Part shown: piece after piece, positions 49,496-57,290 of the stretch | Layout: every line of letters starts with the position of its first letter | How positions within the stretch are numbered: the first letter of the stretch is position 1 | NCBI GenBank assembly: GCA_937948815.1 | Contig: CALFAM010000058.1 | Coordinates: 2,174 to 66,173 of the forward strand | Direction: 5' to 3' | DNA length: 64,000 nucleotides | Source of the DNA: an uncultured bacterium | GTDB taxonomy: Bacteria > Acidobacteriota > Thermoanaerobaculia > Multivoradales > J023 | The notes under the pieces: model-generated | What the model was told of the DNA's origin: nothing | What the model saw: the letters and a program-made list of their open reading frames with translations, nothing else | Databases searched by the model: none | Position numbers and translations under genes: made by a program

Positions 49496-50859
49496 GCCTC
49501 TCCTGCCGCCCCGGGGCCCCGCCGCGATCCTCGGCCCGGGCGGTAGGTGCCCTGCTCGTCCTCGCCGTGTGCCTGCCGTCGGCAGCGACCGCTGCGTCAC
49601 TCGACGCATTCGATCCGTTGGCGAACGACGAAGGCCGCTTCCGCCTGCTCCGAGGGTTCGTCGCGCTGGAGGCGCGAAACTTCACGGCCCACCGAGATCG
49701 CGGGCTGGCCAATGAAGGCGCCCTGCTCGAGGCCGAGGTGGAGCTCAGCCTGAGGCTCAATCGGCGTGTCCGCGCCTACGCCCGTCCGAGAATCTTGATC
49801 GATCTCGCACGAACGGACCTGTGGCGGATCGAGCCCTACGAGGCGTACATCACGATCGGCCTCTCCCAAGGCGACGTTCGCCTGGGCCAGATGGTCGAGA
49901 GCTGGGCGATCGCAGACACCTACAATCCGATCGATCTGTTGAACCGCCGCGATCTCGGCATCGACCTGCTCGACCCGCCGCGGCTCGGCGAGGTCGGGGT
50001 TCGATACCGCCGCTTTTTGCCCGCGAATCGCGTCTTCGGTGAGCCGACCCTTTCGCTCTACCTGATCCCGGTCTTCCGCCGTGCCCGCTGGGCGCCGGAA
50101 GGACTCCGCCTGGCGCCCGTGGTGCCTGGTGGCCGCTTCGACGAGGATGGCGGCTTCGACCCGCGCGGCAACGATCGCCTGTTCGTGGCCGTGCGTGTCG
50201 AGAGCACGTGGAGCTCGGCGTGGGCGGACGCCGACGTGCAGGCGCTGGTGGCCCACGGTCCAGACCGCACGCCGGGGCTCACCGAAGACACCGATGCCGT
50301 GCTGCGCCCGGCCTACCACGGCCTCAGCAGCATCGGCTTCGGCGCGCGTGTCGTGCCCAACGCCGATGTCGCGGGGTCCGTTCTCGCCAGCCTGACATTG
50401 AAGTTGGAATTGGCCTACCGTCATCACTTCGCCTTCGAGGACGCGCCGGTTGCACCGCCGGAAGACCATGTTGCCTTCGTGGTCGGCGCGGATCGTACGC
50501 TGTACGACGTTTTCCGCGAACGAGACGAGCTGGCGTTGACCGTCGAGATCGCAGGTGAGCTCGCGTCGAGCGGCTCAGCACGCCGGGCACGGCCATTCGG
50601 GAGCGACCTGATCTTTCGCCTCGCCTGGCGGCGCAATGACTTCGCGCGACAATCGGTCGAGCTGCGCGGCGTCGTCGATCTCGAGCAGGACGAGTCGCTT
50701 CTCGAGATCTCGTATGCTCGCCAGCTGCGAAAGCTCCACCGCGCGCTCAAAATGGTCGCGTCCTTCCAGGTTGCCGATGTACCGAGAGGAGGCAGCAGCT
50801 TCCTGGCTCGCCTTCCCGACAACACCCACGTGTCGATCGTGCTGCGCCGCGATTTCTGA
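49492..50859 (+). CDS. Putative outer-membrane beta-barrel protein
   Basis: Signal peptide (SAATA-AS), alternating beta-strand pattern, and a C-terminal ...VSIVLRRDF with terminal Phe. Its ATG overlaps the upstream stop (ATGA). Confidence 0.55.
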   Translation: MSLSCRPGAPPRSSARAVGALLVLAVCLPSAATAASLDAFDPLANDEGRFRLLRGFVALEARNFTAHRDRGLANEGALLEAEVELSLRLNRRVRAYARPRILIDLARTDLWRIEPYEAYITIGLSQGDVRLGQMVESWAIADTYNPIDLLNRRDLGIDLLDPPRLGEVGVRYRRFLPANRVFGEPTLSLYLIPVFRRARWAPEGLRLAPVVPGGRFDEDGGFDPRGNDRLFVAVRVESTWSSAWADADVQALVAHGPDRTPGLTEDTDAVLRPAYHGLSSIGFGARVVPNADVAGSVLASLTLKLELAYRHHFAFEDAPVAPPEDHVAFVVGADRTLYDVFRERDELALTVEIAGELASSGSARRARPFGSDLIFRLAWRRNDFARQSVELRGVVDLEQDESLLEISYARQLRKLHRALKMVASFQVADVPRGGSSFLARLPDNTHVSIVLRRDF

Positions 50860-50946
50860 GTCTCCTTTGATACCCTGGCAAGCCGCTGTGCACCTGCCGC
50901 GCCGGGCATCCGGCGCACCCAGGCGAAACGAAAATGGAGCAGGCGT

Positions 50947-52728
50947 GTGGCACGCGACATCATCGGGATCTCGGCCTTTTACCACGACGCTGCATGTTGC
51001 TTGCTGCGCGATGGCCGTCTGCTTGCCGCGGCGCAGGAAGAGCGCTTCACCCGCAGAAAGCACGAGGCTCGGCTGCCCGTCGAAGCATTTCGCTTTTGCC
51101 TCGAAGCGGGCGGCATCGGCCCCCACGAGATCGACGCGGTCGGCTACTACGAGCAGCCGGTGCGCAAGCTCTCGCGACAGCTTTGGGCGGGAGCACGCGA
51201 AGCGGCACCTGTCGAGTTGGGCTGGCTGGATCCAGGCTTGCCCGAGCGGATGATTCGCGAGCGCCTCGGCTTCGACGGTCCCATCCTGTTCTTCGGTCAC
51301 CACCAGTCGCACGCCGCGAGCGCTTTCGACTTCTCCGGCTTCTCGGAAGCCGCACTGCTCACGGTCGACGGCGTCGGTACCTGGACCACGACGGCATTGG
51401 GCCGCGGCTCGACAGATGGCATCGAGATGGTCGAGCGGGTGTCGTTTCCGCACTCCCTCGGCTTGCTCTACTCTGCCGTCACTGCCTACCTGGGCTTTCC
51501 GGTCAACGACGGCGAAGCCCGGATCATGGGGCTCGCGGCCTATGGAAACCCACGTTTCCTCGATGCCTTGCGTGCCCTGATTCGCATGGAATCCGGCACC
51601 GCGCTGGGCTATGAGCTCGACATGCGCTACTTCGACTTCGTGCGCGGCGACCGCATGTTCAGCGATGCGCTCTGCGACCTGCTCGGCGCCCCACCGCGCG
51701 CGCCCGCAAGCGCACTGACTACGTTCCATCAGGATGTGGCGGCAAGCGTGCAAGCCCTGCTCGAAGAAGTCTTGCTGGCCCTGGTCGTCCGCTTGCACGA
51801 GCGCGTGCCGGTGGCCAACCTGTGTCTGGCGGGCGGTGTGGCCCTCAATTGCGTGGCGAACGGCCGCATCCGCCGCGAAGGCCCGTTCGCCAATGTCTTC
51901 GTCCAACCCGCTGCCGGCGATGCCGGAGGGTGCCTGGGCGCTGCCGCGCTGGCCCACCGTGCGCGCACCGGGGAGCGACCTGCCAGTCGCCGGCTCCGGG
52001 ATCTGCGCCTCGGGCCTCGCTGGTCCTCGGAGGAGATTGCTGATCTCCTCCGCGACACGGGTCTACCGTCAAAGGATTTCCGGGGCGACCAGAGCGGCTT
52101 GCTGCGGTCCGTGGCGCAGCGACTGGCGGCGCGCCAGGCCGTCGGTTGGTTTCAGGGCGGCATGGAGCTCGGCCCCCGAGCATTGGGGGCTCGCAGCTTG
52201 CTCGCCGATCCGCGGGACCCGGGTGCGCGGGATCGGATCAACGCGATCATCAAGCGCCGAGAGTCTTTCCGACCGTTCGCGCCGATGGTGCTGCGGGCGC
52301 GTCTGCACGAGCATTTCGATCTCGACACCGATTCGCCTTTCATGCTCGAGACGTGTCAGGTGGCGTCGCCCCTGGCCCTGCCCGCGATCACCCACGTCGA
52401 TGGCTCGGCGCGCGTGCAGACGGTAGATCCTGATGCGGCGCCACGCCTGGCGGCGTTGCTCGAGGCATTCGATCGCGAGACCGGGTGCCCGGTCTTGCTC
52501 AACACCTCCTTCAACCGGGCGGGCGAGCCAATCGTCTGCTCCCCGATCGACGCGCTCTTCACGTTTGCCGAGAGCGGCATGGACGCGCTGGTTCTCGAAG
52601 ATTTCGTGCTCGACCGCGACCAGCTGCCGGCGTCGTGGGCGGATCTCCTGCCGGCCTGGGGCAGCAACCGAGCCGAGGCCGACGCCGCGGGGAATGCGAT
52701 CGACCACAATCTCTATACGTTCGTATGA
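50947..52728 (+). CDS. Carbamoyltransferase (NodU/CmcH family)
   Basis: IIGISAFYHDAACCLLRDGRLLAAAQEERFTRRKH, FFGHHQSHAASAF, GGVALNCVANG and NTSFNRAGEPIV are hallmark motifs. GTG start. Confidence 0.9.
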   Translation: MARDIIGISAFYHDAACCLLRDGRLLAAAQEERFTRRKHEARLPVEAFRFCLEAGGIGPHEIDAVGYYEQPVRKLSRQLWAGAREAAPVELGWLDPGLPERMIRERLGFDGPILFFGHHQSHAASAFDFSGFSEAALLTVDGVGTWTTTALGRGSTDGIEMVERVSFPHSLGLLYSAVTAYLGFPVNDGEARIMGLAAYGNPRFLDALRALIRMESGTALGYELDMRYFDFVRGDRMFSDALCDLLGAPPRAPASALTTFHQDVAASVQALLEEVLLALVVRLHERVPVANLCLAGGVALNCVANGRIRREGPFANVFVQPAAGDAGGCLGAAALAHRARTGERPASRRLRDLRLGPRWSSEEIADLLRDTGLPSKDFRGDQSGLLRSVAQRLAARQAVGWFQGGMELGPRALGARSLLADPRDPGARDRINAIIKRRESFRPFAPMVLRARLHEHFDLDTDSPFMLETCQVASPLALPAITHVDGSARVQTVDPDAAPRLAALLEAFDRETGCPVLLNTSFNRAGEPIVCSPIDALFTFAESGMDALVLEDFVLDRDQLPASWADLLPAWGSNRAEADAAGNAIDHNLYTFV

Positions 52729-55322
52729 CCGATGCACCAGACACCCCCACGGCAGGTGGTCAGGCTGTGAAGGCCCGCGAAACGCGCGCCCTCGAGGATG
52801 CGCTTGCGGCGCTGCTCGCGGGCGCTAGCGCATCCGATGAACGGGATGGCGGAGATGACGCGCGCCGTGCTTCTAGTGATGCGGTCGCGCGAGCCCTGGC
52901 GGACCCGTCGGGGCTTGCCGACGCGCGCCGCCTCCAGCAGACGGGTGCGCTCGATCCACCAAGAGCGCGGTCAGCCGCCTCGGCGTCAGAGTCGCAAGCG
53001 CGCTCACCACGGCCGATCAGCATCTGGCGGCCCAAGGGCGCCCCGGACCTGCCCAGCGACGCCCGGGTCTTCGAGCGCCCGGCTCCGAAGCCGTTCGGCG
53101 ACCACTATGCCGATCGGCGCCGCATTCGCGCAGCCAAGCCCGCGGGTACCCGTCGCGTGTGCTTCTTCGGAGAGTCGGTTGCCGCAGGCTATCTCTACGC
53201 ACCGACCGTGACGCCGGCCAAGCTGCTCGCGCGCGCGCTCAGGCTGTCGCCAGCCAGCACGCCAGGGCCGAGCGCTGAAGCGAATGCCTGGGAAGTCGTC
53301 GATCTGGCGCGCACGAACGAGCGGCTCGATTCCCTGGTCTCGACCCTCGAAGCCTCGTTGCAGCTCGCGCCGGATGCCCTCGTCATCTTCGCGGGCAACA
53401 ACTGGACCCTGCTCGAAAGCCCGGAGTGGTCGTCCTATGCGCCCTCCGTGCGCGCGCGGCTCGATGTCGCCGAGGTCCTCGGAGGCGATGCGAACGATCC
53501 GGGGCGCCCAGACCTCTGGAAGCTGGTGAGCAAGGCGGCGCGTGCGGTGTTCGAGCGCGGCGTTCAGGCCCTGGCGCGAGTCGCGCGGATCGCAGACGCC
53601 GCTTCGGTTCCCGTGGTGATGGTCGTTCCCGAGGTCAACCAGGCCGACTGGGAATCCTGCCAGCCCGTGCCCTGGCTGCCAGCGACAGAAGGCGCCGCGC
53701 GACCGACGACGTTGGGCCCGACGACGCTGGGCCCAACCATGCAGTGGCACCAGCTCTACGAGCAGGCCGAGTTGATGCTGGCGCGCGCGCTGGAATCCGA
53801 TACCCCGGACGCCGCCGCCGGCGAGGAGCTCGAGAGCCTTGCGCGAGCCATGCTCGCCCTCGACGATGGCCTGTGTCCGACCTCGTTTCGCCTGCTGGCG
53901 GAGGCACACCGACTCCGGGAGGACCGTGCCGCAGCCAGCGAGGCCTGCCGGCAGGAGATCGCGGCGTGTCACTACGCCACGTTGGCCTTCTTGGCCGCAC
54001 CACAAGCATCGCCCATGGCGCAGGCGCTGATGCGTCGTGCGGCCGCGCACCATGGCTTCACGTGTGTCGACCTCCCGCGCCTCTTTGGCGAAGCCACCGA
54101 GAACGCCTTGCCCGGCAACCGCCTGTTCCTCGACTACTGCCACCTGAGCAGCGAAGGCATGGGCCTGGCCATGGCGGCCGTGGCAGATGCGGTTCGCGGC
54201 TGTACGGTGCAAGAGCGGACGAACGGATCATCGCCCAGGCCCGAAGTCGTCTCCGCGCTCGTCGCCCGGGTCTCACCCGAGGTGGAAGCGACCGCACGCT
54301 TGGGGGCCGCGATCCACTGCGCGCATCGGCTGGTCTCGGTTCGCGACCCGGGGCCACTGCTGCGCACGCTCTTGAAGCAGGCGATCGAGGCATCACCGAA
54401 TGTGATCGACACCATGGTCGATCTGGTCGACGCGCGAACATCGCGTGTCGCAGCAAGGACCGGCCCCGCGCGCCACTGCCCTGCGGTCTTGACCGCCGCG
54501 CAGCAGCGCATGCTCGGAACCGGTCTCACGCTCGGATTCCAGCACGGCTGGCGCTACCCCTACCTCGATGTCGACGTCATCGAAGCGATCGAGGCGACGC
54601 TCGAGGCGCGCGCCGACCCTCGGGCGCAGCGGGTTCGGCAGCACGTGCTGCGGCTGGCCGTTGATCGCTGCGGCGATCGTTGTGGCGCCATGGATCTGCT
54701 GGCCGACGGCTACTTCCTGGCGCGGCCGCTCGAACGTTTGTTCCCGGATGTGGTGCCCTCCCCGGGGCAGACCGGGCGAGCGTTCTTGCGCACGCCGTGG
54801 CCGACCACCCGATTCGTCTTCGTCATGGACCAGCCCGAGGCGCTGCGTTTCGAGATCGTCGCCCGTCAGCCCAAGCAAAATGGTCTCGCTCCCGGCACAG
54901 TGTCGCCCACTACAGTGTCGCCCGCCACAGTGTCACCCGCTACAGTGTCGCCCGCCACAGCATCGCCCGATCGGGCTGCCTCGGATCGCGCAGGATCCCA
55001 TCTGGAGACACCAGCTACTCGCCTCGGCGTGGAGATCAATGGCGCGCCCGTGGCCACCGTGAGACTCGCAGCATCTGACGCGGGGAGCGGTCAATCATCC
55101 TGGCAGCGTCACGAGGTCGTGGTGTCCGCCTCCGCGCTGCAGCATGGGATCAATCGGCTGACCCTGCGCTGGCCGCCGATCTCCCTCGATGGCGAAACCG
55201 CCTTGCGCGCAGCAGTGGATCGACTGCGGCGGGGCATCGAAGCGGATCTGCATCCGATCTTCGGTGAGCTCGCAACGCTCCGCTGCGACCTGATCCGCCA
55301 GAAAAGTCGTTTCAACGTGTAA
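52725..55322 (+). CDS. Large hypothetical protein with a central SGNH/GDSL-hydrolase-like domain and in-frame pentapeptide repeats
   Basis: Block I-like VCFFGESVAAGY, block III-like IFAGNNW, and block V-like LDYCHLSSEG. It has no signal peptide. Its ATG overlaps the carbamoyltransferase stop (ATGA). The upstream part of the ORF-track ORF (52485-52724) overlaps the previous gene. Confidence 0.5.
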   Translation: MTDAPDTPTAGGQAVKARETRALEDALAALLAGASASDERDGGDDARRASSDAVARALADPSGLADARRLQQTGALDPPRARSAASASESQARSPRPISIWRPKGAPDLPSDARVFERPAPKPFGDHYADRRRIRAAKPAGTRRVCFFGESVAAGYLYAPTVTPAKLLARALRLSPASTPGPSAEANAWEVVDLARTNERLDSLVSTLEASLQLAPDALVIFAGNNWTLLESPEWSSYAPSVRARLDVAEVLGGDANDPGRPDLWKLVSKAARAVFERGVQALARVARIADAASVPVVMVVPEVNQADWESCQPVPWLPATEGAARPTTLGPTTLGPTMQWHQLYEQAELMLARALESDTPDAAAGEELESLARAMLALDDGLCPTSFRLLAEAHRLREDRAAASEACRQEIAACHYATLAFLAAPQASPMAQALMRRAAAHHGFTCVDLPRLFGEATENALPGNRLFLDYCHLSSEGMGLAMAAVADAVRGCTVQERTNGSSPRPEVVSALVARVSPEVEATARLGAAIHCAHRLVSVRDPGPLLRTLLKQAIEASPNVIDTMVDLVDARTSRVAARTGPARHCPAVLTAAQQRMLGTGLTLGFQHGWRYPYLDVDVIEAIEATLEARADPRAQRVRQHVLRLAVDRCGDRCGAMDLLADGYFLARPLERLFPDVVPSPGQTGRAFLRTPWPTTRFVFVMDQPEALRFEIVARQPKQNGLAPGTVSPTTVSPATVSPATVSPATASPDRAASDRAGSHLETPATRLGVEINGAPVATVRLAASDAGSGQSSWQRHEVVVSASALQHGINRLTLRWPPISLDGETALRAAVDRLRRGIEADLHPIFGELATLRCDLIRQKSRFNV
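53706..53735 (+). repeat. 2 x 15-bp in-frame tandem repeat (TTLGP)2
   Basis: ACGACGTTGGGCCCG / ACGACGCTGGGCCCA. Confidence 0.85.
54896..54970 (+). repeat. 5 x 15-bp in-frame tandem repeat encoding (T-V/A-S-P-x)5
   Basis: Units are ACAGTGTCGCCCACT, ACAGTGTCGCCCGCC, ACAGTGTCACCCGCT, ACAGTGTCGCCCGCC and ACAGCATCGCCCGAT. They translate to TVSPTTVSPATVSPATVSPATASPD. Confidence 0.9.
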
Positions 55323-55407
55323 GAACACGTCTTCTATCTGCACTCACGTCTCGAGAAGACGAAACACGCCTCGGTTGGCGCGTTTCCAAGATGGAGATTG
55401 CAGACTG

Positions 55408-56292
55408 ATGAGCACCTACTTTTCGATTCGCTGGTCACGCGCCAGCGCTTTGTTCGGGACCCTGCTACTCGCTTTCATGGCCGCCGTGGCGCCCGCGCGC
55501 GCGGACATTCGCCTCGTGATTGCCAACGACTTTTTGGCTTCCAACGAGCTGAACGATGATCTCTACACCGGCACGTTCGCCGTCGACTACACCTTGGGCC
55601 GCTACCTGCTGACCGGCGGCGAGAACATCTTCACCGATGCCCAGAACGGCCTTCGCTTCGACGAAACCTATCTTCACCTCGGTCGCGCCATCCAGTCGGT
55701 TGGCGGATGGCAGCCACGCGTCGAGCTCGGCCTGGTTCACGTCGGACGCGGTCTGCTCGGTGAGCGCGCGCAGAACGCCATTCATCGATTGATCGGTGAC
55801 GACGAAGTCCATCTCGAATACGTCGACGGCAGCCGGTTGTACCCGACGGTCCGTCTCTCGGCGAGCCGGCCCTTGCCCCTCTTGCGGCGCTATGCCTTGA
55901 CCCTGCATGCGGACGTGGCGAGCGCGGTCGGCTTCAAGGATCATGCGTTCGCCACGGTGAGCGCGTCGCTCCCGGTGCATCCGGCCGTCCGCATCGACCT
56001 TGATCTCGGCGCACGCTACAGCCACGCATCGTTCGATGCCCTCGAGCCCCGCATTCGCGAATGGGGCCCCACCTGGGAGGCAGGGTTGACCTTGCGTGAG
56101 CGGATTTCGTTCTCCTGGAATTACAACCACTTCGGCACCGGCTCGCAGCACTTCAACGTCGTGTATCGCATTCGTTGGGGTCGGGCGAAGAAGCCGAACC
56201 AAGATGGCATTGAGCGTGCACTGGCCCAATCGGCGACCGCGCAGGAACCAATCGACCATCCCTTCTTTGTGGATCACCGGCGGACGCGATGA
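55408..56292 (+). CDS. Outer-membrane beta-barrel protein, possibly of the LpxR (lipid A 3-O-deacylase, DUF2219) family
   Basis: Signal peptide (APARA-D). ANDFLASNELNDDLYTG and AQNAIHRLIG resemble the LpxR-family N-terminal and His motifs as I recall them. The ending ...NVVYRIRW-rich pattern also fits. The assignment is tentative. Confidence 0.4.
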   Translation: MSTYFSIRWSRASALFGTLLLAFMAAVAPARADIRLVIANDFLASNELNDDLYTGTFAVDYTLGRYLLTGGENIFTDAQNGLRFDETYLHLGRAIQSVGGWQPRVELGLVHVGRGLLGERAQNAIHRLIGDDEVHLEYVDGSRLYPTVRLSASRPLPLLRRYALTLHADVASAVGFKDHAFATVSASLPVHPAVRIDLDLGARYSHASFDALEPRIREWGPTWEAGLTLRERISFSWNYNHFGTGSQHFNVVYRIRWGRAKKPNQDGIERALAQSATAQEPIDHPFFVDHRRTR

Positions 56293-56320
56293 AGACGGTG
56301 CAGAATCGATCGCGAAGGGC

Positions 56321-56346
56321 GAACCGATCGATCACAAATGCCGTAT
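56321..56346 (+). promoter_or_regulatory. Candidate ECF-type autoregulated promoter (GAAC-N17-CGTAT)
   Basis: GAACCGATCGATCACAAATGCCGTAT lies about 65 nt upstream of the ECF sigma start at 56411. It has the AAC ... CGT architecture typical of many ECF promoters. Confidence 0.3.
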
Positions 56347-56410
56347 CGTTCGGGAAGAACATTTCAGCGCGCCGCGCGCGATCCTGCGCCGCGCCACGAG
56401 GTGCCCGACG

Positions 56411-57004
56411 ATGCCGCGCGAGGACGTCCCGGCTTCAGACAACAGGCTCAATGCACGGATTCGTGCCCGCGATCCCGAAGCCATCCGCTCGGTCGTGGAG
56501 CGCTATGCAGATCAGATCTTTCGCGCCGCCCGGGGCGCGGGTCTCTCCCGCCAGGAAGCCGAGGACGTGAGCCAGGCGACCTTCGTGACGTTCGTCGAGG
56601 GCGCATCGCGCTTCGAGGGCCGCTCACACGTGCGCACCTGGCTGTTCGGAATTCTCTTCCGAAAGCTCGCGGAGATGCGCCGCCATCTCAGCCGCGACGG
56701 CCAGATGGACGACATCGAGACCGTGGTCGAGGAACGATTCGATGTCGATGGTGGCTGGAGTCAGCCGCCCACCGCGGCGGATGGACGCGCGATCAGCCAC
56801 GAGATCCGACAGGAGATCGGCGACTGCCTGCGCGGGTTCTCGCTCCAGCAGCGGATGGCCTTCCTGCTGCGCGAGGTCGAGGGTCTGACCACACGCGAGA
56901 TCCATGACATCCTTGGTGTTACCGAGTCGAATGTGGGGGTTTTGTTGTTCCGCGCGCGCAATCGCCTGCGCGAGTGTCTCGAGTCGAAAGGCTTCGCGCG
57001 ATGA
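56411..57004 (+). CDS. ECF-family RNA polymerase sigma factor
   Basis: Region 2 (EAEDVSQATFVTFVE...RTWLFGILFRK) and region 4 (LQQRMAFLLREVEGLTTREIHDILGVTESNVGVLLFRARNRLRE). The ORF-track start 56096 overlaps the previous gene. Confidence 0.85.
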   Translation: MPREDVPASDNRLNARIRARDPEAIRSVVERYADQIFRAARGAGLSRQEAEDVSQATFVTFVEGASRFEGRSHVRTWLFGILFRKLAEMRRHLSRDGQMDDIETVVEERFDVDGGWSQPPTAADGRAISHEIRQEIGDCLRGFSLQQRMAFLLREVEGLTTREIHDILGVTESNVGVLLFRARNRLRECLESKGFAR

Positions 57005-57267
57005 TGAGCTGCAAAGAAACCACCGAAGGGATCGCCACCGATCGCTTTGCCAGCGCCGGCTTTTTCACCCGCTTGAGCCTTCGATTCCATCTCTTCATGT
57101 GCCGCCACTGCCGGAGCTATGCGTCTCAGATTCGGTCGTTGGGCGATACCACCCGCTGCCTGTGCGACGACGATCCGTGCCTCAGCCCGAAGGCTCGCCA
57201 GGCGATCCTCGACTCCTGCCTGGAAGCTGCCAGCCGCGAAGAGGCAGCGGATCCGAAGGCTGAGTGA
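57001..57267 (+). CDS. Small soluble zinc-binding anti-sigma factor (ZAS, zf-HC2 type)
   Basis: 88 aa with no TM segment. It has C4 ... H30-x3-C34-x2-C37 (FHLFMCRHC). Its ATG overlaps the sigma-factor stop (ATGA). Confidence 0.7.
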   Translation: MMSCKETTEGIATDRFASAGFFTRLSLRFHLFMCRHCRSYASQIRSLGDTTRCLCDDDPCLSPKARQAILDSCLEAASREEAADPKAE

Positions 57268-57290
57268 TCGCGCTCGGCGACCCTGCTTCG

